Origin: Lepidodermella squamata
Taxonomy: Eukaryota > Animalia > Gastrotricha
Reading direction: 5' to 3'
Assembly: GCA_047495785.1 (NCBI GenBank)
Contig: JBLDXI010000004.1
Span: 1,426,001-1,490,000 of the forward strand
DNA: 64,000 bases
The position numbers were made by a program, and so were the translations under genes. How positions within the stretch are numbered: the stretch's first letter is position 1; every line of letters starts with the position of its first letter. This document shows positions 34,401-45,169 of this stretch, piece by piece. Below the pieces are notes generated by a model that saw only the letters and a program-made list of their open reading frames with translations, had not been told where the DNA came from and ran no database searches.

Positions 34401-36435
34401 AAAATCATCAGTAACACAATAAAATTCAAACGTTTTGTCATTACCACCACGGCAGTTCCATTGCGTCAGAAAGTCACAGTCTACCATGTTGATCCAGGCT
34501 CGGTCGGGGGCAACGCGGCAGCCGGGGACATATGAAACAGCAAGCCACGAGACGACCCGCGCGGGGCCGAGACGGGAGACGGCGGAGGAACTGAGGCAGG
34601 GGGCGGCGGGCCACCAGCCGCGCGAACGGGAGGCGCATGCACGACCGCCTTGACAAGGCCCGTGATCTCAACGAAGGCGTTCTCCAGCCGTAGAAGACGC
34701 TGGCCGTAGGCAACCTCCTTTTCCTCGAACTTCTTCAGGCGGGCGTCCATCATTTCGAACAAAGGAGCGCCGTCGAGCGTCTGGAACTGGTTACGGATAG
34801 CAGGGTTAACAGGCGGGAGTTGCGATGGTGGCGGCGGCGCGGAGCCGAGAAGATCGCGAGTGGCAACCCGGAAGACGCGGCCCGGAGGGGGCTGAGGCGG
34901 CGCGGTCGGTGGCGTGACCTACTTTTGTCGAGCGACACGAGCACGTCTCGCCTCGGCGCGGGCAGCACGGGACTCGGCCTCCTGCACTTTAGCGGCCTTG
35001 AACTGAGGACAGCCGCGCCACAGACTGGAGTGGCGAGGCGAGCCACCGTCCGGACAGTTGACGCAGGCGAGGGATTCGCGCGGCGCTTCGCACTGGGCGG
35101 TTTTGTGGTTCGGCGAGGCGCAGCGACCACACAGGAGGTCTTTCTCTGCCGCAGCACAGTCAACTTTGACGTGCCCAAACCGGGCGCAGCGCATATACCC
35201 CTAGGCCAAGTATATGTTAGGGCTATATGTAATTATATGTTTACATAATTTTACATATTGGACAGTTGATTTTCACATATTGGACAGTTGTCTATTGTTC
35301 AGACCCGTGAAACTCATGAAACCCAAGAAACCTGAGGAACCCAAAATAGCTTTATTATTCAAAATCTCTTGAAAAAGCTGGGGCGGCTCGAAAATCTGGC
35401 AGCATTCACCCATGATACCGAGAAAATCGCGCAGCATTCCTCTTTTGGATCCTAGAAATTGTTAATACGGCGCCGTATTCGTCTTGCATTTCCTACCATT
35501 CCATCAGCCTTCGTTCCTGGCTCGAATTAGTTCGACGACACGCTTCCTCGTACGGGATCGAAACCTTGATTGAGCTTGAGATCGACAATAACCAGATCGG
35601 CGAACTAGTTGCAATGAGCCGAGTTCAGTCGCCTGGTTGATTTGATGAGCCGACAGTTCAAATAGCTCGAGCCATTGTGCGATTCTTCATCGTAGCAGCG
35701 TGCCAGTTTGACGCGAAGATCCGGCGGCAAAAAAGCGAGTGAAAATCAAAACGAAAATCGACCGAATGAGCGTTTGATTTAAAACTGGCGAAAAGCTCAG
35801 TTTTTAATGAAAAATTAAGTTGGATGTTTTATTCTCCCATTTTCCATGATTTTTTAACCTTCGCAACGTGGGGGTAGGTATTTCAATGGAGCCCTGGCAA
35901 TCGGTAGATGCTACTATGCCTCGGGGTATATGCAAATATTGGACATAGAGTCGTAAATATGTTAAAAAACCTCACATAAAACGTCCTCGCCTGCGGCTCG
36001 GCCATTATATGTTCGGTTTTTCAACATATTTCCTCCTCTATGTCCAATATATACACATACACTTTGGCGGAAGGAGGCCGTCCTTGAGAGGGCGGCACTT
36101 GACACGGCGATTCAAGAACTCGAGGCCGAGGGTGAGAGCCTCGTCGCGTAACGCTTGTGTCTTGAGGACGATGACGCGGAGCGGGTCATCGCCGGGGGTG
36201 TGAACTGGCATGTCACGAATTTCGACGACGTTCATCAGGTGCTTCAGAAGCTGGTCGGTGGTATAGAACCCAGGCAGCCGGGCAGTGATCACCGAACGAC
36301 TGTCCTTGTCAGCTTGCTTGGACTTAGCAGCCTTAGGGTCTGGCTGGCCGGGGCGGTGGACGCGAAATGCGGAGCCACGAAAGGCCTCAGGAGCGAACCC
36401 ATCGCGGTCGAGAAGGCGCTGAGCATCAGCGGGGG
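31404..36435 (-). mobile_element. Degraded GC-rich non-LTR retrotransposon (Jockey/I-group-like)
   Basis: ORF1 with three CCHC-type knuckles (CMRCARFGHVKVDC, CGRCASPNHKTAQC, CVNC..H..C). APE start QWNCRG, GGDLNAKS..WG, SDHF. RT motifs KAPGLDGI, RPISLL, GVPQGSPLSPLLY, YADD, LGVHLD.KLTW. Several frameshifts. AATAAA near 31430. Confidence 0.9.
35196..36055. mobile_element. AT-rich non-autonomous element inserted in the LINE ORF1 zinc knuckle
   Basis: Removing it restores PPKCMRCARFGH. CATA is duplicated at both sides. Asymmetric IR CATATACCCC.AGGC (35192 vs ~35918-35932) plus a terminal hairpin. Its end recurs at ~7655-7745. Confidence 0.7.
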
Positions 36436-36461
36436 TTTTACAGATGATAGATTGCTCAAAC

Positions 36462-37212
36462 CAGCGGTTCCCAAAGTTTTTGTCTGGTAGGACACAGTAG
36501 TGTCCTATGAGAATGGCTCGTAGGACACCTCGCTAAAATGAATGAAATTTGGTTCGGAATGGGTAAAATTTTTCAGCTACAATGTGATCGCTTGGTTTTT
36601 GATGGCAACCTAACTCGAAATTGATAAAATCCCTGATAACATTTAAACTAAACGCGAGCGAAGCGAGAAAATTTTTAGAATTCGGCACTAAAAAACGACG
36701 TATAACATCTTAAAATTGAGGCTATGCCTTGAGGTTTTCCCAGAAATTTAATTTCATCAATTTTATGAAATTTCAATTAATTAATTAATTAATTTATTTA
36801 AAGAGCCATAACGCCCAGAAGAGGACAGCTCAGACAAGTGATCAATCATGTCGTAAGGTGCAATCTGTAACGTGCTTAAATAGCAAGGGATATGGATCAG
36901 TTTCAAAAATTGATTCTATCATTTATCGTCTCAGAGATTCAGCCAAACCACGCGGAAAGTACCGTCCAATCAGAGGTTTTCATAAAATATTTCATAAATA
37001 AGCGACTCGCGAGCGAAGCGAGCTTTAGCTGACGGTTTTTCCCCGATTTTGAGTCTGAAAATAGTCCAAAAATGCCTTGTTTCTTAGGTGTGGATCTACC
37101 TATTTTTGTCCTTCTATCATTTTGAGGCCCATAGGACACCAGTGTCCTACAGGACACTTGAAAGTTGGCGTAGTACACGAGTGTCCTATAGGACACGGTT
37201 TGGGAAACGCTG
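36462..37212. mobile_element. hAT-type MITE
   Basis: TIR CAGCG(G/T)TTCCCAAA; 8-bp TSD GCTCAAAC; subterminal TAGGACAC/GTGTCCTA repeats. Confidence 0.85.
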
Positions 37213-37451
37213 GCTCAAACCTTTCACCGGAACAAAATTAGCGGTAGCGGAATCAAGCTTGCATTTTGCCAAATGCCAACTGTCATTATTTGAACACTTC
37301 CACGAATTTCAGGCGAATTACGAGTTCTGAATCGAGAACTCTGTCCCATAAAGAATTTTATGCTGAATTTACTGGCGATTTCAATAGATTTATCGCGGCC
37401 AATCTTCTGAAGTTGGTTCCGCTAGATGAAATCTTGCTCCGCTTAAGCATA

Positions 37452-38960
37452 CCGTGATCCGGTACAACTTTGATCATTTCACGCAAATTGGCTTTTCTCT
37501 GAAACCATGGGGACCTGCCGCTTGGGAATGTTACTTGAGATCTAGCATTTCACCAAGTTTCATCAACTCAGCCCCCACAGTCTCTCCCTTGAAAATTCCC
37601 GAAAGAAAGAACGTTTTTAGTCCACTTTGAAATGTTGTCCTGCGATAACCGTAGCAGATATCTGCACGGTCCAACTTAGCGAAAAAGCCAAAAAGGCACG
37701 CACATCTATAAAGTGGATTTTGCGTGGCATGTGCCTAAAGTTGCAAGGGTAGCCGGTACAACTTTGAACACAATATGAAAATGTCTCAATATTATTCCAG
37801 ACTTTGTTCGCATTTACTGTACTCCACTATGCATGGATAGAGCCCTAGAGGATGCCAGGTTCAAGGAAAAACTCACATAATAAGACAAGGCGAGGCCTAA
37901 GCTTATTACGTGATTTTTCCGATTGTACATAGCATCCGGGAGGAAGCGGTTACCCTCTTTGTTTTACGTGGGTTTTTACCAAAAAATCACATAGCGAAGG
38001 GTGATTTCACAAAAATTAAAAAAAAATCCATCTTAAAACCAAAAAGCTCGAAATTCGCCTTCTGGCTATTCTGAACAACTTTGCCTTTGTTAACACCACA
38101 ATTTTCGGGAGTTTCCAAGCCGACTTCTGTGTCTGAAGCTGAAGCACGCCATAATCGAGCGAATGCTTGAGAATCATTCGGTTTATAGCTAATCTAAGCA
38201 ATTATTTTGGAGATTTCCACAAAATGCGTTTTCTTTGCAATTCTGGAATAGAAATTAAGATGAGTGTTGGACTTTTTCATGCTCGCGAGCTATTGACCTT
38301 GAAATGAACATCCTCAATTTAGCTTTGTTAGGGAAATAATCGGAATTTCACAGAAATATCTCATTTTTAATGAATTTTTTCGTTGAAAGGTGGGTCGCCG
38401 ATTTAAATGAATTTGTGTATGGAGAACGAGAATGCTTCGAACTACTTGAAACCCCAAAGGGGCGGGTCCGTATACGCAATAGCACATTTTTAGGATCTAT
38501 TCGAAGAAAACCTATTTTTCGTGATATTGCAACCATACTCTGAACAATCTCTTACTAAGTTTAACCATCTTTACCTTAGTGTAAGACTTTTGAAGTTCAA
38601 GACCATGCGTATTCACCAAATGACCATGAGACCATGAGTCCGGTTTGAAGTAGTAAAGCCGGAGAAAAGCTTTGCGGGAAATTGGTGGGTTTGCGCAAGA
38701 AAAGTGCGCTAAAAATTACGCGTATTTTGTAAAAAGATCCGGCTGTAAAAAAACCACTTCGAATTAATTTTTCAATCATAGAGAATAGAGTTACCTAACT
38801 CTATTCTCTATGGTTTCAAGTTTCCGGCGTGAGTTTCCTCTCTTATAATTCTGAACCATTTGAACTACGTTAAAAACAGGACCAAAATCGCATCTGTTGA
38901 ATTTACGCAGCACATTGAAGTTATCATGGACGTGGGTGTTCAAAGTTGTACCGGTTTGGT
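37452..38960. mobile_element. Probable non-autonomous DNA transposon
   Basis: CCGGTACAACTTTGA near the left end (twice) and its reverse complement TCAAAGTTGTACCGG at 38940-38954. It interrupts an intron segment that is duplicated at 42300-42540. Confidence 0.5.
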
Positions 38961-39067
38961 TCCGGGAAAAAAGAAAGTTAAATTTTCTTGTAGTCTAGAG
39001 TCTAGATGACATTATTTCTTAACATTTTCACGCTAGAATTTAATTTTGTTTAATTTTGCTCCTGCAG

Positions 39068-40275
39068 CCTGTCTATTTCCGTTGCGTTGACAAAAGCAGC
39101 GCGTCAGTTCGATGCCTGCTGGACACGGTTGGCTGCGATGCAAACACGGACGTTCGAATTCCGGCTGCTGGCACCTATCCGGACGAAGCCACATGCATTG
39201 GCACAGCGAGGAAAGTAGGCCGGCCAACCTACCAGGGACGCAGGTTATCTGTAAAAAAATTTGCCGCTCGCTCGCTCTGCTCGCTCGCGAACACCTACAC
39301 TTTTTCATATTATCGAGTATCGAGAACGCTGGTTTTCGAATTTTTTCCCCACAATTTTTTGTCCCCGATTAGCCTGAAATAGTCATTTGATTGAGAACTT
39401 CGGATTTTATTTCGTAACTGCATTTTGCGAGCGAAGCGAGCTATTTTAAGAGATTTTGCAGCAAGGATGGCCTGAAAATGCTCAAAATCTCATACAATTT
39501 TAAAAATAAACAACAAAATCGACCTTAATTCACCTCTAAAGGACTTGAAACTTGATGGAGAAAATTTAGTTTTCCAAGTTGGTTACGAATGAAGTTTTCA
39601 ACTCAAGTTAATACTTCTGTTCTACTCTGAAAGCCGAGCGCAAACTTCAAATTAGCCTGTGCTGTTGTTATAGCGAGCGAAGCGAGCTTAGCTGAAGACA
39701 TTTTGCCGTAATTAAGGCTGAAAATAGGATTTGCTACACTCATTTTGCGATACAACAACGCTCTACCAGCCAACCTACCGGGGATTTCAGCGTCCCTGGC
39801 GGGGACGCCTTGACCCTCAAACCTACCAGGTACGCGTCCCTGGTACTACCCTCATCGTCCCTGGCGTCCCTGGTGCTACTTTCCACGCTGCATTGGCATG
39901 CTCAAAGTTTACGATATAGTGACGTTGGGCGATGGTTGCAATAAAAAAGACGCAGAACAGGCATGCATCAATCACGGCGATTAGTTAGCTCAAATTAGGT
40001 CTAGCGACGAACTGGCGATGGCTACGTCAGCATTGGCGAAAGGCGTGTTGACGGCAACGTCATGGATCGCACTCACTCAGCAAGACAACGTGTTAAAATG
40101 GGATGATGGCTCCGATTTCGAATATATTCGTAATCAGTGGTTTGACGTGCTTGTTGATGGTTGCGTTGCCTTGTCTTATGTCGAGCTAGGGTTCAACAGA
40201 TATTTCTATATTCAACTTGAATGTGATGCGACTATTGGCCAAGCGCTATGCGAGGGATTTGTGCCAAGCGCTTGA
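39068..40275 (+). pseudogene. A-family terminal exon (repeat 6 + C-type lectin), copy 1
   Basis: PVYFRCVDKSSASVRCLLDTVGCDAN..ATC then a CTL (ACINHGD*LAQIRS..SWIAL..LKWDDGS..GCVAL..ECD..ALCE). One in-frame TAG and a MITE insertion. Confidence 0.8.
39204..39890. mobile_element. hAT-type MITE inside the repeat-6/CTL exon
   Basis: TIR CAGCG(A/T)GGAAAGTAG; 8-bp TSD CATTGGCA. Confidence 0.88.
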
Positions 40276-40589
40276 GCTATGAATGCTAATGTTCTGCTGA
40301 TGTTTTGCAGAAGAGTATGACATCACGAATTCAGAGCTATCAATAAAGATCGACTAAGTTTAATAATCCGACAGTTCAGTAATCTAAAGTAAATTAAAAT
40401 TTAACCAGAGATTTGTTAGCGGTCATTCTGTCGAATTCCTAGAATTTGTTTATGAGCGAAAGAACACTGGTGACTGTTGTTTTTTAGACGCCGCCCATGA
40501 TCGTGCGATCAACGGCGGAGACGTTGCGGGTCAGAAAACTCAATAATTGTCAAGTTGGCGAGAAACTTCGATAACGAACTTGTTATACC

Positions 40590-40659
40590 TTATAATAAAT
40601 TCCAATTCCATGAATTCCAACAGAATCATGACAAGTGTTTCAACGAAATATCGCCGCCT
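40590..40659 (+). pseudogene. Remnant of A-family repeat-5b exon
   Basis: FQQNHDKCFNEISPP|gt aligns with A1 FQLNHDKCMTDISPP|gt. Confidence 0.65.
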
Positions 40660-40698
40660 GTCATTCATTGTGGAACCACTAAAAAATTGAACTTTGAC

Positions 40699-40970
40699 GC
40701 GCACGCGGATTGGTCAATTGATCGTTGCTATGACCCCGGAATGAAACATTTCCGTCGTGCGATCCACTGATAAATTATGTTTTATTTATGTAAAAATGAC
40801 CTTGCCACACCCTCTGCACGGTTTCCATTGACCACGAGCGTAAACCCCATAATAATCGTGGAAAATGACTGCGGCAAAAAACACTTGTTGCAAAAAATCT
40901 TATGGATCGCACGACTAACTTGTTTCATCCGGGAGTCATAGCAACGATCGATTGACCAATCAGCGTGCGC
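40699..40970. repeat. ~68-bp inverted repeat pair (MITE-like)
   Basis: GCGCACGC.GATTGGTCAAT.GATCGTTGCTATGAC..GTCGTGCGATCCA and its reverse complement. Confidence 0.7.
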
Positions 40971-42542
40971 ATTAGATTGGACTTTTAAGTGGTCACACAA
41001 TGTTCCTGTTAGTTCAAAGCAGGACTTCTCTTGTAATTGAGACAACATTTTACAGGAAAAACATTTTTGTATTCCGAACCATCCAAGATCATGAGTTGTA
41101 GCTAGGACGCCGAACCTTGAATCCCGCCATACAAAGGTGCATGCTAGAATATTCTGAATACTTTTTGTAAAAATTTAATTTTCAGGGTTTACTAAAAATT
41201 ATCATTTCATTGAACCGTAAAAAAATTAAACCGTCGCTGGTTACGGAGCTAGAATCAGGTTCCGAAGCTCAAGGGTTTCAAAACATGAAATTTAGATCTC
41301 ATGTAGATAGCGAACGCAGGCAAATAGCAGCAGAAACATCCCGCATGGTTATTATTCCATTCGTCGCATTTACACTAGGCCGCACCCATGGTGCTAATTA
41401 TTCGGATTGTTTAACAATTTCCCCCCAAGAAAAGTAATGGACGTAGGGTGCGTTTCTTTATTACCAGCCATTTTTTATTTCAAAATTAAAATAAAACAGC
41501 GACATTTCTTTATTATTTTATATTTTAAAATAAAAAGAAATGTCATTTCTTTATTCGATTTTTTTTATTTTATTTTATAAAATAAAACGTCATTTCTTTA
41601 TCACATTTTTTTCATGATTTTAGAAAATAAAATGCGAATGAAACGACACGTGCTGTTTATAAACTACGCACCGATAAAGAAATTAAAAAAATGGTTTGAG
41701 CGTAGTTAGAAAGTATGAACGTTATCGCCCTAGGCCCATTAGGAGCATCCAAAAGAGCGTCCGGGGGAGGGGGGAGTGCCAATCTCGATTCTTCCAATCG
41801 ACGCATTACGCAAGTTTTAGGAAAGCTTAGTAGAACGTAGTTCAACGATGTCACATCAGCGGTGACGCTTGAGCAGGCGACACTCCAGCAACTGCCACTT
41901 CCGCAAAAGATTTGTAATAATATTTTTGGACAGTAGAAGTTTTCAACACTCGTCAATTTAAGGCTCCGAGACATTTCCGTCGATTGAGCTGAGCCAAGCG
42001 ACAAATTAGCCAGACATTCGCGACAACGGCAACTCTTATTCCAATTACACTTAATTATCAAGCGAAATAATTGAAATAAATTTAGCTGAGTTGTCGTTAT
42101 TATTCAAATATAATGGACTTTCAAAAAGCTATAGAGGTGGAGCTGGGCATGCTCGCTTAGCTCGCATAGCCAACTTTGTGTAGCAGAGCGAATTATCAAT
42201 TATCGATTGATCGCGGGAAATTTTAGCCTCAGTGTGCGACTTTTAGGGGGGATGGGGGATCAATACTTGCCAATACAAAGTCATTTTTGAACAATTATAC
42301 GAATTTCATGCGAATCGGGCACTCTGCCTCATAGGAAATGTTACGCTGAATTTACTGGTGATTTCTCTAGATTTCTTGCGGCCGATCTTGAACATATGGT
42401 TCCGCTGAAGCATATTTGGTTCCGGTTAAAGGAAGACACCTTTCCAAATTGCAGATTTTTTCTGCTTATATATAACGAAAAATCGCTTATTATTTTCACG
42501 TGAACGCTAGCATTCAATTACGTTTTATTTTGCCTTCTGCAG

Positions 42543-43033
42543 TCTGCTTATGTCCGCTGCGTTGACAAAAGAAACGCGTCAGTTCGATGCTTGCCCGACA
42601 CGGTTGGCTGCGATGCGAACACCGACGTTGGAATTCCGGCTGTTGGCACCTATCCGGACGAAGCCACCTGCAAGGGCCTGCGCAAAGTTTGCGATAAAAC
42701 GATTTTGGGCGAAGGCTACAATAAAAAAGACTGAGCACAGGCATGCATCAATCACGGCGATTAGTTAGCTCAAATTAGGACCAATGACGAACTGGCGATG
42801 GCTAGGTCAGCATTGCCGAGTGGCTGGAACACGTGGTCACTCAGCAAAACAACGTGTTAAAATGGGATCATGGCTCCGATTTCGAATATATTCCTGATCA
42901 GTGGCCTAACGCACCTGCTGATGGTTGCGTCATTTTGTCTTATGTCGAGCAAGGGAACGACCACTATTACTATTTTTCATTTGATTGTGATTGGACTGCT
43001 GACCAAGCTTTATGCGAGCGATTTGTGCTATGA
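42543..43033 (+). pseudogene. A-family terminal exon (repeat 6 + C-type lectin), copy 2
   Basis: Highly similar to 39068-40275. Has an extra TGA, the same TAG, and an internal deletion. Confidence 0.8.
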
Positions 43034-43094
43034 TGCTAATGCTAATGTTTTGCAGAAGAGTACATCGCTATTGAAATGCAATTAAGTATGACAT

Positions 43095-43809
43095 TGTTGG
43101 TGCCCGAGCCCGATTTCGGTCCGTACGCAGAGGAGTAGCATTGAATTTCCGCTCCGCGCTGGAACCGGTTTAAAACATGCCCGTATGCGACGTTTACTGT
43201 GAATTTTCAACATCGAAAGAATCACGCTTCACCGCACACGGGCCGGCCCAAACCTAAAACTATAGCGCTGGTTCCTATTGTTCTCCGTCGTGCTCAGGCG
43301 GACACCTTGGCCCTCCCGTACGTGAAGCCTGATTCTTTCGATTTTGCTAAATTCACAGTAGGCGTCGCATACGGGCACGTTTTGAACCGGTTCGAGCGCG
43401 GCAGTGCTTTGGATCTGATTTGATTTAGACCCTATTTTCACTGATTTAGATTTAAAAAGATTGATTTTCGCGGCGAAGCATTTTGATTTAGCCTTGGTGA
43501 TGCAATCGAAAAACTTGATACCGCGAAACCAAGATTACTCCTCCTTTTGATGAAAATTTGCTATGGAAAGGGACGGTTACATTAAATTCGCGTTATTTTA
43601 TTGATTTCTTGAAATTTCGAAGCCCCAGCTTCCTGAAAATCCCGATGTTTCGCGATTTATTGTGATTTAAGAAGGTTCGTGATTTAACCCGCAAATCAAA
43701 TCAAATCAAATCCAAAGCTCTGGAGCGCGGACTGATAAAGTGCAGTTACCCGACCTCATAAGGGCCTGCCCGAACGCGTTTGGGCCGAATTCTGACTCGG
43801 GCCTCAACA
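43095..43809. mobile_element. TGT...ACA-ended element (Ginger-like), non-autonomous
   Basis: TIR TGTTG..GCCCGAG..GA.TTCGG; 4-bp TSD ACAT. Confidence 0.7.
43402..43722. mobile_element. hAT MITE (same family as 1790-2192) nested in the Ginger-like element
   Basis: TIR CAG(T/A)GCTTTGGAT; 8-bp TSD GAGCGCGG. Confidence 0.88.
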
Positions 43810-45169
43810 ACATCACGGATTATTTAGATTTGACATAACGGATTCGGAGCTATCAATAAAGATTGACTTCGAGTAGGTTTTACCATCCGGCAGTTCACTA
43901 ATCGAAACTACAGTATTTACAGTCAAATATATACCCAGGGATTTTTCAGTGATCTTGGTCGTGCAATTTTTTTCGTTCAAAAGAAGACTCTCGACTGTTG
44001 CTTTCGAGACATCGCCTATAGTCATGCGGTCAATGGCTCTGAAGTAGCAGGTCAGAAAATTGAATTGCCAAGGTGCCGAGTAACTTTGATAAAGAACTTG
44101 CTACAGTCCCGCACGAAAAGCAAAGTCGGCAAATTAATTCGCCGTCGAAGTGCTACAAGGTTGCCATTACGCCATTACGCAAGACACTAATTCGCCCTTT
44201 TAACAAAAAAAGCTCGAAGTGCAATTAAGAAAATAAATATCATCGATGGATTGTACTATTTTTGATTATTATTGATTATCGATTATTGCATCCGTATTAA
44301 ATTCTCGGACTTTGATCGAAATTCCTCTTCCAATATTGGATGCAAACATGCCATTTTTAAAAATGGGAATTTTCAATTAAAACCTCAACATGCATTTTTG
44401 TTACCAATTTCTTCGCTCCATTCACAGTTTAACTAAAATTTCAGTAAAGTTTACCGAAGACACGGTCGACTTTTGAAACCCGCTTAATCTCGAATCTCGA
44501 AAATCTGCTGTTCACAAAACAACTGCCAGTGAAATCGAGCTATTGGCACTCCTTTTCCCTCTTCTTGGGCATTTAGCCGTTCTTATCCTTGACCTTATTC
44601 TTTGAGCTAGTTTTCTTTTTCCAATGGTTATTCGATGGTTATTTACACAATCTATTCACAGTATCTTATCATCGCATCATCTTATCCTATAGCAAACGTG
44701 CCGTCGCAAATCCGGTGGCCTGAGGCACAGGCGCTTAAAATTACCGCTGGTTCCTATTGTTCTCAGCCGTGCTCGGGCGCGGACACCTTGGCCGGGTCGA
44801 GCCCCAACAGCACTATGGCAAGTGCAAAGTTAGTAAAACGTAACTAGCAAAACAAGCGAAAATCCGCATGGATCCTGATTCTTCCAAGGAAGTGGATCCT
44901 GGTTGATGCCGTGGTATTATATCATTCGTTCATTGCCAAGGTCAGCGATATATAACTCAAATGAACAGATGCCCATGCTCATGCTGGCCCTACTAGCTAC
45001 TAACGATTTTATTACAGAGAAAAAAAATAGCATGGGAGAAAAACGTGTTCTCCAATAGCAATAATTCAAAGCATACGACATGTAATATCGGCGTGTAACT
45101 TGTAATTACAACACATAATTATCAATAGTTGAGGCATAGCAGTCATGAATGATAACCGACAGCTTTAAT

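Noticed and set aside
31540-35248. Many overlapping plus-strand ORFs
   Set aside because: Shadow ORFs of the GC-rich minus-strand LINE.
38778-38812. Short palindrome CATAGAGAATAGAGTTA..TAACTCTATTCTCTATG
   Set aside because: Most likely collapsed MITE ends (CATAGAG termini as at 55992); no independent function can be supported.
43813-44070. 70-aa minus-strand ORF (MTIGDVSKATVES..)
   Set aside because: No recognisable motif, splice partner or similarity to the cluster genes.
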